From: the human T2T-CHM13v2.0 reference genome, Homo sapiens
Length of the DNA stretch: 64,000 nt
Assembly: GCF_009914755.1 (NCBI RefSeq)
Contig: NC_060927.1
Reading direction: 5' to 3' (one strand)
The notes beneath the pieces are model-generated. The model worked only from the letters and a program-made list of their open reading frames with translations. It had not been told where the DNA came from and searched no databases. The first letter of the stretch is position 1; each line of letters opens with the position of its first letter. Shown here one piece after another: positions 41,690 to 55,599 of the stretch. Both the position numbers and the translations under genes were made by a program.

Positions 41690-43140
41690 TACCTCTACAG
41701 GCTATGGGGAGCCACTAAAGGTTACTTAGGAAGGGAGCACCGTAATCAGGTTTGTGTTCTGGATTACTCTTGGGGCAGTGGAAGACGGAGAGTAGGCAAG
41801 GAAAAAAAGGTGGAGCAGCTGCAGAAATTGTCCAGGTGAGACATAATGCACAGTGGCTAAGAGCCAAGTTGAGTCAGCCATTGGAAATTCTGAGATTGAA
41901 AGAGTGGCTTCATGTCTATAAGCCTAATTTCCTTTTCTGAAAAATGGGGATAAGCACAGCGCCTTCCTCTTTGGGCTGGTATGAGGAATCAGTGAAACCA
42001 TACAGATGAAGTGAACACATTGGCCCACCCTACCCCAAGCTGTCCTCAAGCAGAATTATCTATTGTTATAAATGGCTTTGGCTCTTCCAGGCATTTAGGC
42101 CTGAAACCTCAGCATCTCCTTGACTTTATTCTCTCATTGTCACACACATCTAATCATTTGCCAAATGCTCTCCTGTCCTCCTCTGTCTGGCAGCTCTCCA
42201 TACGTTTGTGTCTTTCTCTTCATTACCTATTTCTTCCTTACTTCAGCACCTTGACATGTCTCCCCTGGACTGCTGTGATAGTGGCTCAACTTGTCTCCCT
42301 CCCTCCTCTCTATCTTCCGCTGCCGCAGATTGATCTAAAGCACACATCTGGTCCTGTCTCCCACTGTCCATGAAGATGATTTTCAATTTTTAAAAAATCA
42401 GTGTAGCTCTTTTAAAAATGAAAGTACCACCCAGATGCTCATAATACAAAACTATGAAACCAAGAATTTCTCTGTGAGAAATAGTGACAATATTGGTGGT
42501 GCTTGTGCTGGGAGTTTAGAGGCTCATTCCTACACTACAGCCCTGAGAGGTTCTGAAACCATGTGGATTCCATGAGGCAATCTTTAGAAATGATGAGGAC
42601 ATATCCTGGTTCTTCATGGTCTGGGCTCAGTGCCCACCTTTCCAGCCTCCACTCCCGCCATGTTCCCTGTGATCCTGCTGAATTGACCATTTGGTGATTC
42701 CCCGACCCTGCTCCATGCATTTCCCTTCCCTGTCTTTGCTGACATAGTTTTCTTGGCTGGGAACACATCTGTGCATGACTAGGATCTCCTGGCTTCAGAA
42801 CCCACCTCAGATGTGCTGTTGCCCTGTCTAACAGACTCCTCCCCTACTCTTCCCTAAGTTAGCACCTGCCATCCTTCTGCCCTAGGGCAGGTTTTTCACC
42901 ACAGCCTGTCTCTCAAAGACTCTTCTCAAAGACTTTGAAAAAACTATGCCCTCTCCATCACAGAACCCAGGTTAGTTTGTAATTGTATATCTGTTGGTGT
43001 GGTCACCTGACTGACCTCTGTTTCTCCATTAGGGTATGAGTTCCATGGCTTTTGCTCAACATCATAACCTTAGAGACTGGCACAGGGCCGGGCCTGTGTT
43101 AAAGTTTCAATAAACAGTATTAGTGGAAAGAAAGAAGAAA
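41690..43140. mobile_element. Mosaic of L2 and MIR fragments
   Basis: L2 motifs (gggagccactaaagg, gaaattgtccaggtgaga, cctggactgctgtgatag) and MIR core (tttccttttctgaaaaatggggataa). Confidence 0.55.
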
Positions 43141-44369
43141 ATGGATCTTCCTTCTATTGCCCTTCCACTGGCCCTCACTTTGTTCTATCTTGATGTTATT
43201 ATTTGCGTACACATCTAATCCTCCTACAAGACTAGAAACTTCTGAGGGCAGAAACTATAGCTGGCTTCTCTCCTGATCTTCATAGGCCCTGAAGAATGAA
43301 ATAAATGGTGGGCAAGATTTTTGTTGTTTGACACGTCTACATGAACAAAAACCTACACTGGATTCCCATGTAATGCAGTCCCTCAGGGGCCTTGTTACAG
43401 AGTGTCATTTTGAAAAGCTCAGGTTCTCCAGTCACTGACTCGATGACTATAACACATCTACATCATCCCCAAGATTCCTCCACTTTATTCTACATTTCAT
43501 TTCAGACTGACTTCTGTAACAGGTAGGGGAAAATAAAGGGTGCTGGGTGTGGATGAAAACTGAGGGAGAAAAATGGCAATTCAGGCCTTTTGTTCTCCAG
43601 AGGACCTCATTTGGAGGAAAATCATGGCAGAAGAGACATTGTGTCTGTATCTGTTGATGCATTACGAAGTATTTATTGTCGGGCTGTCTTATTAACTAAG
43701 AAATTCAAAGGCAGTAAGAAAATAATCAGAGGAAATGCTAGTGAGCAATTTTTGGCAGCACAAGGGACAGAGACAATTTGGAAAGGTAGAGCCTTCCTTC
43801 TTAAGTAATTGGAATCCTACTTCACAGTTCACAGATTTTGTGGCTGTACCACAATACAAGTATTTCTGGAATCAAAGAAAGAACTCCACTTTTTTTGGAA
43901 ATTAAGGATAAGTGCAGGAGCTATTTTTTTCACTGTTTATTCTACTTTAGCACAGGGAATCTACACCCCTAGGAAGCAGTGAATCACTAAATGACCAGAA
44001 AATGCCAGAATGGACTGGAGCTTAATTGGGAGTTCTTGCAAGGAAGCCCAAAAAGCACTAGAGATGCTAACTACTCATGACTGCCTTGTGTACACCTTCT
44101 GCAAGGACTTTCTTCCCACTCTAAATTTGAGTGCTTCAGAAATCATCTGTGAAATCGCTAGTGTTCAGTGAGTGACAGGATTTTCAAACTAGTCCATTTG
44201 AATACTTTCTCTCACTTTGCTACTGAACAGAATTGAAAGCTGAGAGGTTAGGAAACTAGTTTAACATTGCAAAATCCTTATTTAAGAGATCTGGATCTCT
44301 GGAAAATAACCAGTTTCTAAAAAGGATGGTACCAGAGGCAGTTTCTTCTTTCCTTCCTTCTCCTTTCCC

Positions 44370-44990
44370 TTTTTTCTCCAAATGTTTATTAAGCATAGAC
44401 TGCTCCAGAAAAGGTACAGGTCCTAAGAATACAATGAAGAGTATAAAGAAACTGTTTTTTCCTCATGGAATTGATAATCTAGGGAGGAATGCAAACATTA
44501 ATCAAATAACCATGTACATTAATGTAAACTTACCAAGAGATAACTGCTGCAAAGGATGAAAACAAGATTATGTGAAAGAACTCTGGCCTAGCAGCTCTTG
44601 AATTAGGAACTAAAGATAAGTAGAAGTTAACCAGGCAAAGAGAAGTGAAGAGCATTTCAGACAGAAATAGCATGTCTCAATGGCCTGTGGCCAGAGGAAA
44701 TGTTGGAAGCAGGTCAGTGTGGCTGGAGTAAGGGTGAGGAGGAGAGTAAAATGGGGATGGTCTGGGAAGGCAGGCAGGGCCAAGTTGTGTGTGGGGTCTT
44801 GTAGATCATGGGAAAGCTAAGCGTCTCTATGAACATGCTAGAAGCAATAAGACGTCATTGAAAAATTTAAAGCTAGAGATTAGGGTGAGACATATTGGGA
44901 GGAGGGATGAGAAGTTCAGATGAGCATTACATAAACATCATTCTGGCTCACACAGAGGATGGATTGGAAGGGTTAAGGGTGAATACAGCT
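44370..44990 (-). mobile_element. L2 3' fragment
   Basis: caaatgtttattaagca...cctcatggaattgataatctag...agaagttaaccaggcaaag...gtcagtgtggctggag. Confidence 0.7.
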
Positions 44991-45104
44991 ATTGCCAATG
45001 GTGGCCAAACCGACTAAATATACCAAGTGCCTACCATGCATAGGCTAGGCACTTTATAGCATACAAAGGCTCGTTTGTGATTACAATTCTGTAAGAAAGG
45101 TTCT

Positions 45105-46175
45105 TTTTTGTATTAAATCAGCTGTTTTGGAATCATTTTAGATTTACAGAAAAGTAGCAAAGATAGTACAGAATGTTCCTGTCTATCCCACACCCAGCAA
45201 CCCTTCTTGTTAACATCTCATGTTACCATGGCACATTTGTCAAAACATATGAACAAACATTGATACTTCATTATTAACTAAAGTTCTTAATTTATTTGGA
45301 CCTCATTAGATTTTTTCCCAGCATCCTTTCTCTGTTCCAGTATCCCATTAAGGACACTACATTACATTTTGCTATCAGGTCTCAGACTTCTTGGGCTGTG
45401 ACATTTTCTCAGACTTTCTTTGCATTTGATGACCTTGACAGTTTTGAGTACTGGTCAGGTATTTTGTGGAATGTCCCTTGATTTGGGTTTGTCTAGAGTT
45501 TTTCTCATGGATAGGTTTATTTATGGGTTTGGGGGATGAAGACTACAGAAGCGAAGAGCCATTCTCAATATGTCATATCAAAGGTATATGCTGTCAACAT
45601 GACTTCTCACTGATAGCAAACCTGATCACCTGGCTAAGGCAAAGGTTTCCAGATTTCTTTACTGTACAGTTACTTTTTCTCTCCTCCCACTCTATACTGC
45701 TTTCTTTGAAGTAAGTTACTACATGGAGTCCAAACTTACAGGGCAAGTTTTGCTCCACGTCTTTGGGGTGTATCTATTTAAGTTATTTGGAATTCTTTTG
45801 GATGGGAAATATGTTTTCCATTTCTGTCTCCTTCCTAATTTATTAATTCATCCAATTATTTATTACAGTATGGACTTAGGAAAGTTTATTTTATATTTTG
45901 AGTTATAACTCAGTATATTATTTAATTTCTTGCTCAAATTTGGGCATTGAAAATTCTTTCTGTTGGCTCCCAGTTCCCCTTGACATATGTCCATCATTTG
46001 GGGGGATTTTTTGGAGCACTTTTCAACTTTTTGGCTCTAATGATGATCCAGGCTCAGCTTGTGTATTGCCTACCCCAGCTGTAGAATCAGCCATTTCAAA
46101 CAAGGAGCCCTGGCTCTTTTTATGGGAGAAGGATATTGCAAACTAAGATGTGGACACTGGATGTACTCACTGTTA
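45105..46175 (-). mobile_element. L1MC/L1MD-like 3' region inserted into a MIR
   Basis: ttttagatttacagaaaagtagcaaagatagtacaga...gatgaccttgacagttttgagtactggtcaggtattttgtggaatgtccc; MIR halves at about 45010-45100 and 46190-46280. Confidence 0.75.
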
Positions 46176-47231
46176 CTGGGGAAAGAAAGATTTTTATCCT
46201 CAATTCAGATGAGAACATTAATGGTTAGGGAGTTTAAGTGACTTGCCCGAGTAAAGGGCATACCCAAGATTCAACTAAACATCCTTCTCTTCATTTTCCT
46301 TTGTAAAAATATCCTAAATTTCAATCCACATCCACCATTTCCTCAGTGGTCTACACACTTTGGGGAAAGCTCAACCCATCCTCAGTTCTAGGTGAGTGTC
46401 TTCCCTGGTTTAAGACATTCAGCAGATTCTATGCACCTGGTCAGAGTAATGGAATTAGGGACAGGATACTTTAGTACAAAGTACATGCACCAATCAGATG
46501 CAAGACGACATTTACTAGACAGTTTCTGGGAAAGGGGCTTTCAGACTCTTCTGAGAAAGATGCTGGAGGAGAATTCTCTCTTCTTGATAGAAGTGAAAGG
46601 AACTGTAAGAAAACCCTATGGCAGGTTAAGATTATGCAGCTCATTTTGAGGGAAACTCTGTCCCTGAACTTATAGCTCACAATCAAAGTAGACTGATTTA
46701 CTACTTTGATTTCATAGAGTTGAAAAGTCGCTATCAATGAAAGATAGTAAGGGATTCACCCATTTGATAACTTTTGTAATTCACAACACACCTACTTTGC
46801 TTCCACAAAAGCAAACAAGGCACAGTGCAACAGATCTCTGAATTAGATGAAAATGGAGTGGTGATTTCACTCAAAAACTTCAACTAAGGAAACTTACTGA
46901 AATTGAGCAAAAACAAAATTTTGAGTTCCTAGCTGGCCTGGTAACACCCACTAAGGCACACAAACAGGTAGACATTCCTGACACAAGTGATCAAGATTAA
47001 GGAATCTATAATCAAAGAAACAATGCGTAGAGTTTATATGGAAGTGTTTGGTGAAGTATAAACGTGCCATATAAATAAAAAAACTGGTGATAATAATGTT
47101 AATGTTTAGAAGAGAGAGGGACCTTAAAAACAGACTAATCCTAACGTTTCAGTTTGGAGTTTAATAAACTGAAGTCCAGAATGTGAAGTGACTTATTTAT
47201 ATAGCTAGAAAGTGGTGGAGTCAAGAAAAAA

Positions 47232-47790
47232 AGGATACAAAATTACAGCTAGATAGGAGAAATAACTTCTAGTGTTTTATAGCAGCGGTCCCCAACATTT
47301 TTGGCACCAGGGACCAAACTTCGTGGAAGATAATTTTTTCATCGGGGGGGTGGGGGGATTGGTTGGGGGGATGGTTTCGGGATGAAACTCTTCCACCTCA
47401 CATCATCAGGCATTAGATTCTCATAAGGAACACACAACCTAGATCCCTCGCATGTGCGGTTCACAGTAGGGTTTGCACTCCTATGAGAATCTAATTCTGC
47501 CACTGATCTGACAGGAGGTGGAGCTCAGGCAGTAATGCCTGGTACCTGACTGTGGCCTGGGGGTTAGGGACCCCTGTTTTATAGCACTATAGGATGGCTA
47601 TAATTAACAATATATTATATAGTTTCAAATAGCTAGGAGGAGGATAATAAATGTTTCCCAACACAAAGAAATAAAATCTGAGATGATGGACATACTAATT
47701 ACCTTGATCTGACCACCATACATTGCATATATCAAAACGTCACTATGTAACCCATAAATATGTACGATTATTATGTGTCAATTAAACAAA
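47232..47790 (+). mobile_element. L1MA-type 3' end, interrupted by MER1B
   Basis: ggatacaaaattacagctagataggagaaataacttctagtg...caacacaaagaaat...cactatgtaacccataaatatgtac. Confidence 0.85.
47283..47576. mobile_element. MER1B (hAT-Charlie) with TIRs and perfect 8-bp TSD ttttatag
   Basis: TIRs cagcggtccccaac / gttagggacccctg; TSD at 47275-47282 and 47577-47584. Confidence 0.92.
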
Positions 47791-49764
47791 TTTTTAAGCA
47801 AGACAATTACGAAGAATGAGGCTAAGAAAATAAGTTAACTATATTCCAGTGAGCAAACAAACAAACAAAAAACCCTGCATGTTTTAGCAAACAGAAGAAC
47901 ATTTTCGTTTTCTCTATGTATTATAACACTTCAGAGGCATAAAATATCTATGTCTTCCTGCAGAGGGAAAACAACAATTTAAAAACCCCATCTATTTAAA
48001 GTTCTTTCAGAAAGTCAGGTAGGGGAGGAAGTCAATGGGTCAGCTGACATCAGTGGACAGAAAGGCGTCTTTGGCCCCCAAATAATAGAAATACATTTAA
48101 ATGCTAAATGTGAACTAGAAAGTTATTTTCCTTGAATTTCTGAAGTTTTTCTCTTTTTTGTCCTGTGGCTAGAGGGGAGAAATGGAGCTAATGTACACTA
48201 CAAGTGATGATATAAGATAAAAATATTGTCAATCTGCAGATCTGCAGACAAGCAAAGGCTAACATAATCCCCATATTTCATAATAGCATGTACTTAAGGG
48301 TGTGTCATTCCCATTCTTTCTGATTTTGCCTTTTTGAATGTCCTGTTTATGGAATATATTTCGTAATGTACCTTGTCTGTCTTGTATTGGTGACTCATAA
48401 TAAGTAAAGCCCAACTCATTTTTATTTCAGTAGGATTTTAAAATGACCTTTTATTTAACATTATGCATTTTGATAGCATCTTTTGCTTACAGAGCCTTCC
48501 CAGAATGCATTGGGTAGTTAGGCAGAAATGTATTTTAAGCCATCAGGGACTAGAGAATTTGTCATTATTACATGTATCCTTTGTTCCTCCCCACATAGTA
48601 ATGCTCAAAAGGTGCTGGCCTCATGCTAGTTCTTACTAAAATGATTGCAATGATGGTGACAGCTGTGGGCTGCCACCAAGTAGCACATCTGCAGCAGCTG
48701 TAGCAACAGCCTGGGAACAGCCACAAGCATGGGTTTCTTCCTTTATGGCCAAGGGCAAAACACCGAAAGGAGATTTGTTATGGAAGACAAGAGGGATCAA
48801 CAGTCTTGTTTGCTTAGATCAGGGTTGAGGGGGCCCAACACGGGGGTGGCAAATCCCTCCCATCTGTTCTTGTTTTTCTGGAGGGCTGATGTCACTCAGC
48901 AATTTAAAATGGCTAAAATTCACCACTCGAATCAAGGAAAGAAAACTGCCTTCAACATCAGATCATAGGTTTGTAAGTTCACGATGACCACCTCAGGGAA
49001 TTTGTGAAACAGTCCCAAATGGGGCAAGAAATACTGCAAAATGCCATTTGATTCAAGTAGAAATAATTTCTATCAACAGCCAGGGGCATTTTATTGAGTG
49101 AACGTTAATAAGACCTAAGAAAAAGCACTTAACTGCTGCCAATGAAAGGACTTTGTTGTTTTTAATTAAATGACTAGGAAGTAAATAATCAGAAAGGGAA
49201 GGTTGTGAGACCCCAGGGTACCAGGGACTTAGGGCCAGGATGAATTGGCTTGAAGATTTTCAGTTTTCAGGGGTGATTATCATGAGTACTTTTTCTTTCT
49301 GCTAATATTATCTATTGTGTATACTGAAATCTTATCCTTAAATTTCAACATTGTGTATTGAGTTTTCATTGCTACTTCCGGGGTTCCCTTCGCATTTTTT
49401 TTTTTTTTTTTTTGCTTCTATCTTAACGCTTGCTTCTATGGTAAAAAGCTCTTATTATGCAGTCTTTTTCTACAACTAATAAAGAACTTTCAAATATATT
49501 AGACCACCTAAACTGCGTAATAATACTGTGAAGCAGGTGCAAGTGAAAAAAGTCACTAACCCATTTTACAGCTGAGGAAATTGAGACCCAGAAAGGTAAA
49601 GAAAAATTCCTAAAGTAAAACAATTCTTCAAATCCCTTTCATCATTTATTCAACAAGTATTTATTGAGCATGTGCTTTGCTAGGTGCTCAATCATATTAT
49701 ACTGGTCAGGTGGTAAGGCACTGTGGTTAGAAGAATATGCTTCCATCAGTTAATCGAGAATCAA

Positions 49765-49975
49765 GCTTTTTCCATTGCAGCACTACTAGCATTTTGGAAT
49801 GAATAGTTCTGCGTTGCAGGGCCTGTCCTATTCATTGTAGGATGTTTAGCAGCCTACTTGGCCACTACCCAATGTAAACCAGTAGCTTTCTTTCCCCTGT
49901 CATGCTAACCAAAAATATTCCTAGACATTGGCAAATGTCCCCTAGGGGCAAAATATTCTCTACTGAGAACCATGG
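49765..49975 (-). mobile_element. MER20-like hAT MITE
   Basis: ctgtcctattcattgtaggatgtttagcagc...accaaaaatattcctagacattggcaaatgtcccctaggggcaaaat...tgagaacca. Confidence 0.8.
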
Positions 49976-51769
49976 AGCTAAGTGAGTTTTGTGAGCCTTT
50001 GTTACTCATCTCTAAGATGGGAATAGCAGTCTCTAATAGCATTGTTATAGCTAGTGAATTGTCTGGAAGTGGTCAATAAGTAGGAGATGTTGTTACTGTT
50101 TTGCTATTACTACCCAGGTCATCAGATATTTTTAAGGTGCCTACTATGTGCCACTGCAAACAGGAAGGTGGAGGAAGACTCAGGCTTTAAACTCAGGTCT
50201 TAACTTCCACATAGAGTGTTCCATCTGCTCTGCCAGTTGCCAACTCTTCTAAGGCACCCAGCTAGTTAAGAGCCTCATTTTATTCTTGCTCTTGCCATCT
50301 TTAAATACCTTCCTGTCCTAGTCTGTCATCATCTCTTGTTGCCAAAGTTATAAGGAAATGTTCAAGTTTTGAAAAGGCTTTTCTCAGGCTGACCTCTAAG
50401 AACTTGCCATCCTCAGACACTCAGTGTCACCTTGCTCTCCCTTCTCACTAATAACCCTCACAATGGATCATAAAGCCCTCAGAGTGTCTGGGTGGCAGAA
50501 GGGATTCAGAAGACTGTAACCCACTTTCCACAGGGCATCCATGGTACAGCAATGGGTAATGTGGGAAGGGAGGAAGAGGACAATTCAAGTTGACATTGAC
50601 AGCAATTTTCTCCAGATGAGTCCCAGAAAAAAAATCTTTCCAGCGTGTGAATAGGAATAACAGCGTGATAAATGATGTTTCTTTTCACTTCCTTTGTTAC
50701 TAGGCTGTGATTTGACAGCTTTCAAGAGTTTTAGTGATATTTATTCGTAGAAAAATTTCTTAGTTCTAACAGTGAACACATGTTGAATAAGGAATGGCTG
50801 ACATTTGATTTCCTTCAAGCACTAAAGTGTTTTTCTCTAGGCAGAACAGCACAATTAATTTTTCCATGCTGTACCTGAGCTGAAAAAAAAAATGCATTCC
50901 TCCATTCCATTTATTTTCCTGTTATGACCTTAGGTGGCTTATAAACATTTTCCTTATAAGAGGAAATGTGAATCTAAAGAGACCATACACAATGAACTTT
51001 AAAATTGTAATGTAAACATAATCAAGAGATAATGCCAAGAGAATAGGATGCCATCTTGAGGTTATGACCTCCAACTGCTGTAAAAGTGTGCAAGGAGAAG
51101 CAAACTGATGTCTAGAAATACAGGTTGGGTGTTAGCCAAGACTTTCACTTGAATGCCAGTGTCCTGGGGCTCCCCGAATGATAACTGAATCACTGCTTTA
51201 TAAAATGTAGTCTTTTTTTATACCATTCTCTGGAGGGGGGTTGTAGGGCATAAAAAATTAGATTGTATTTGGACGACATGTTTGTATAACCCTTTGGATG
51301 CAAATGTACCTGACATTATAGAATTTCTTCCTGCCAAGTAACCGAAATTTATCAGACCCTTGTCCTAATCTTTCAAAGCCTTAGGTTTTCCTTCTGGTTG
51401 TTAAATCAATTTACACAATGTGTTAATAGCTCCTTGAGGCAAGTGGAAAAGCTTCTAGAAAGAAGTAGCTCCTGAGATGGGAGGATGGAAAAGATTTCAA
51501 AAGGTGACAATGAGAGATGAGGGGGGGCGGCGTTCTAGCAGGAGAAAACAGGAAAAGCAAAGTATGTTTGAGGAGATCCCATGGCAAGTTCAGCAGAATG
51601 ATTACTAGTTTGGGTTGGACACTGGGCAAAGCTGGAAAGGAGTAATAAGCATTTTAGCTGTGAGAGGTACTGATTCTTCTCTGGACTAGAGTCCCAAGCA
51701 GCTACCATGTCGACCATGTTTGGAGTAAAGGTGTGTTTGACTGTACTGGGCAATCTACATTTTTTTTAA

Positions 51770-51960
51770 TGGAAATTTTTGGCTTCTCTTCCCTTTCTGG
51801 AAGATCTGTCAACAATGCTGGAGCTGGAGCTGATTGGCAGCTGCCCCTGTTAAGTGGGATGTTAACTGTCCAGTTGGCCATAGTCCCCACCATTCCCAAT
51901 ATACTGAGAGGGAAAACAAAAGTTGCGACTTATTGTCAAGTTTTTCTTATGACAGAGTAT
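51770..51960. mobile_element. Old hAT-Charlie fragment (Charlie4-like)
   Basis: ctggagctgattggcagctgcccc...tccagttggccatagtccccaccattccc resembles a recalled consensus. Confidence 0.4.
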
Positions 51961-52456
51961 CATAATCTCCAAGATGATGCATGGTCATATTGTTTTGTTC
52001 TTATGCTGTAGGTCACGGAAAATACAGTTGACTTTTCTTATATCAAGTTCACTTCACTCGTTTGTGTGAACTTTTTCAGCATTAGAGATCATAAGCCCTG
52101 CTCTAGATAGGGAAAGGCTAAGTAACTTTCCAAGGCCACAGGGAAGTCAGTGCCTGACTTGTCAGTACAATGCAGCAGGTCCATTCTCATCTGTGTTAAG
52201 TTAAAAAGAGAACCCGGACTGTCCCTGTGTCCATGCGGCATGGTAGGAAGCACACTCCTGCCCACCAAATTCTGCTTGGTACCCACCAACCTTGCTGGGT
52301 CCTGGATCTTAAGATTGCTGTCCAGAAACCTAAATTAATGCTTAAGCTGGATTACTGCATGAGTCTAACAGAGGGGTGAGGAAGAGAACCCACCTGCCTA
52401 CTCACAGAATTTCTTAAAGGTCCATCCACCTGTACACAAAGGAAAACACATGTCAA

Positions 52457-53166
52457 CAATGATTCCTTTTACTCCTTGGTATTTACCCAAAGGAGTCAAA
52501 GCTTATGTCCACACACAAACCTGTACACAGATATTCATAGCAGCTTTATTTGTAATTGCTAAAACTTAGAAGCAAACAAGACATTCCTTAGTAGGAGAAT
52601 GGGCAAACTGTGGTACATTTAGACAATAGAATATTATTCAGCATGAAAAAGAAGTGAGCTATCAAACCTTGAAAAGATGTCGAGGAAGCTTAGTTACATG
52701 TTGCTGAGTGAGGAAAGCCAATCTGAAAAGGCTACACACTGTGTAATTTCAACTATATGACACTCTGGAAAGTGCACCTACGGAGACTGAAAAGATCGGT
52801 GGTTGTCAGTGATTGAGGGGGAGGGAGTGATGAAAAGGCAGAGAACAGAGGATTTTTTAGGACAGCGAAACTGCTCTATATCATGTCATGATGGTAGAGA
52901 CATGTCATTATGTATTTGCCAAAACCTATAGAACCCTAATGTAAACCAACAGCGAACCCTAATGTAAACCATGGACTTTGGGGGATAATGATATATCAGT
53001 GTAGGCTCATCAACTGTTACAAATGCATCATTCTGTTGGGGGATGTTGGTAGTAGGGGAGGCTGTGTCTGTGTAGGGGAAGGAGGAATATAGAAGATCTC
53101 TACTTTCTGCTCAATTTTGCTGTAGCCTAAAACTTCTCTGAAAAATAAGGTTTACTTAAAAAAAAA
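52457..53166 (+). mobile_element. L1MC1-like 3' end
   Basis: ctccttggtatttacccaaaggag...aagccaatctgaaaaggctacacactgt...gaaccctaatgtaaaccatggactttgg...ctcaattttgctgt. Confidence 0.85.
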
Positions 53167-53242
53167 TTCTTTCAACAGCAGTCAGTAATGGTGCTTCCTT
53201 TCCTGGAGGTTCCTGAGTTAAAATAGTGAATAAAGAGATAGT

Positions 53243-53604
53243 AGGCAGCCATAAAAAGGAACTAGATCATGTCATTTGCAGGGACATGGATGGAGTTGGA
53301 AGCCATTATCCTCAGCAAACTAAAGCAGGAACAGAAAACCAAACATTGCATGTTCTCACTCACAAGCAGGAGCTGAATGATGAGAACACATGGACACATA
53401 GCAGGGCAACACACACTGGGGCCTGTCGGTGTATGGTCAGGGGAGGAAGAGTACCAGAAAGAATAGCTAAAAGATGCTGGGCTTAATACCTTGGTGATGG
53501 GTTGATGTGCAGCAAATTACCATGGCACACATTTACCTGTGGAACAAACCTGCACATCCTGCACATGTACCCCTGAACTAAAAATAAAAGTTGAAGAAAA
53601 AAAA
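53243..53604 (+). mobile_element. Older L1PA 3' end, 5'-truncated
   Basis: gcagccataaaaaggaactagatcatgtcatttgcagggacatggatggag...aacaaacctgcacatcctgcacatgtacccc...aataaaag. Confidence 0.9.
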
Positions 53605-53824
53605 GATAGGATTTTTTGATAATAATATGGTCTTATCTTATGAAATAAATTTATAACTCCAGATGCATGTGATTTTCTTACAGAAACATTGTCACTTAGC
53701 ATCCATCATCTGAAATTTTCAACACCACTGTCTTTACAAAAACTCTTGAAATATGGATGATGGTATTTTAGATCAGTCCTCAAACTGGTCAACATCTGAA
53801 CTGCCTTGGAGTTTGTTTAAAAAA

Positions 53825-53858
53825 ATATATCTATATACATATATATAGATATATATAG
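53825..53858. repeat. Imperfect (TA)n within a MER5-like element
   Basis: Read directly from the sequence. Confidence 0.8.
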
Positions 53859-54269
53859 CTACCCAGAACTCACCCCAAAGCTTTTGATTAAAATTTCAAA
53901 AGGATGAAGTGCCAGTCCCTGCATTTTAACCCCACTTCCAAGGTAATTCTGCTCAACAAAGGATAAGAATCACTGAGGTGAAAGGAACCATTTAGTCCAG
54001 AGAAAGCAAATGCCTTGCACACTTATGAGTACGGTTTTTTTCCTGCATAGCAGCAGACATCACTAATTCATCTGCATTCTTTCCCATGAACCTCAGAATT
54101 GCTCACCACAACTACCATTTGAAGACAGTTGGCTTAGGAGGTAAACCTATTTGTTGGCCCAGGAGATAAAACTTATGCATATATTATTCCAGTCTTTTGG
54201 AAATCCATAAGCCTACATCTCACTGGCCTATCACAAACATAAATCTGCCGCTATAGCCATATTTTAGAA

Positions 54270-55110
54270 AGATGCCATTCCTTTCAACTCTCACTGCCAT
54301 CAACCTAGTCCAAGCTACCACCATTACCTGCCAGGATGGTAACAATACCATCTACCTGGTCTCTCTGCTTTGATGCTTCACTCCTGTAATACACAGCCCA
54401 AATTAGGTTTTTAAAGCAATGAAATAGAAACTGCTGGTGCTTTTAAATTAGGATCAGTTTGAATTTTAGATTAATTTAGGGACAGCTGACATCTTTGTTA
54501 TGTAAAGAAGGTCATGTCATGCCCATACTTCAAAACCATCCAGGTCTCTTCTCATCTGTATCTAGAATGATCATGGCCTCTTAGTAGATGATGTGACCTC
54601 TACAAAGCTCGCTAATATCACCTCTCATCTTGAGGCACTCTCTCCTTCACTGGTTGTTTTTTCTTCAATCGTTTACCAATTTCTTGGCGTCAAGTTTTTC
54701 CCCATCCCAGAGCCCTGCTTACAATTTCTCGTCCCTCTCTCAGGAACATTCGGTCCCTCCCAATTTCCACTCAAGTTCCTGCCCCTCCCTTCAGGCCTCT
54801 GCTTCAGTCTACTTTCTTAGAGGGGTCCTCCCTGACCATTTCATCCCCAGAAGTGCTCATCACCCCCACCTCATTGCTCTTTGTAACTCCCTCTGTTCAT
54901 TTCCTTCACAGTCCTTCTGATGAGCCACGATTATTTTGCGTATTCACTTTTTCACTTTTAAATGGCCTGCTTCTCACCCTGGGTTGTAAGCTACACATGA
55001 CAAGGACAGGGACAGCATCTGTCATGCTTATCAATTGTGTATACAGAACCCAGCCTCAAGCCAGACACAGAGCAGGTTCTCGATACATATTTGATGAATA
55101 AATTGATGGG
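54270..55110 (+). mobile_element. L2 fragments
   Basis: cactgccatcaacctagtccaagctaccaccatt...ttgtaagctacacatga...atacatatttgatgaataaatt. Confidence 0.65.
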
Positions 55111-55132
55111 AACATATTTTAAATTTTGTTTT

Positions 55133-55451
55133 TGCCAGGTGCAGTGGCTCACATCTGTAATCCCAGCAGTGGCTCACATCTGTAATTTGGGAGGCTGAGA
55201 CAGGCGGATCACTTGAGGTCAGGAGTTCGAGACCAACCTGGGCAATATGGTGAAACTCTGTCTGTACCAAAAATACAAAAAAAATTAGCCAAGCATGCTG
55301 GCGCATGCTCGTAGTCCCAGCTACTCAGGAGGCTGAGGCAGGAGGATCACTTGAACCCAGGAGGCAGAGGTTGTAGTGAGCCGAGATTGCATCACTGCAC
55401 TACAGCCTGGGTGACAGAATGGGACTCCATCTTAAAAAAAAAAAAAAAAAA
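55133..55451 (+). mobile_element. Alu (old S/J type) with an internal 21-bp duplication at the 5' end
   Basis: Full dimer with A tail; gcagtggctcacatctgtaat at 55141-55161 and 55166-55186. Confidence 0.9.
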
Positions 55452-55599
55452 TTCTATTTTCCTTCATGTCTATCACCAGGATGAGCTAACAATAAAAACT
55501 CTGAGTTTCTTCACTTTCTGTTTCATGATCCTATCTGCTAAGTTTATGTTCATCAGTTCTAACCCATTTCATTTGTGTTCTGCATGAAGGCTCACCAAA

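Noticed and set aside
42242-42270. ttcagcacc resembling the left half of a REST/RE1 site
   Set aside because: The right half (GGACAG) is not at canonical spacing, and the site lies in L2-like sequence.
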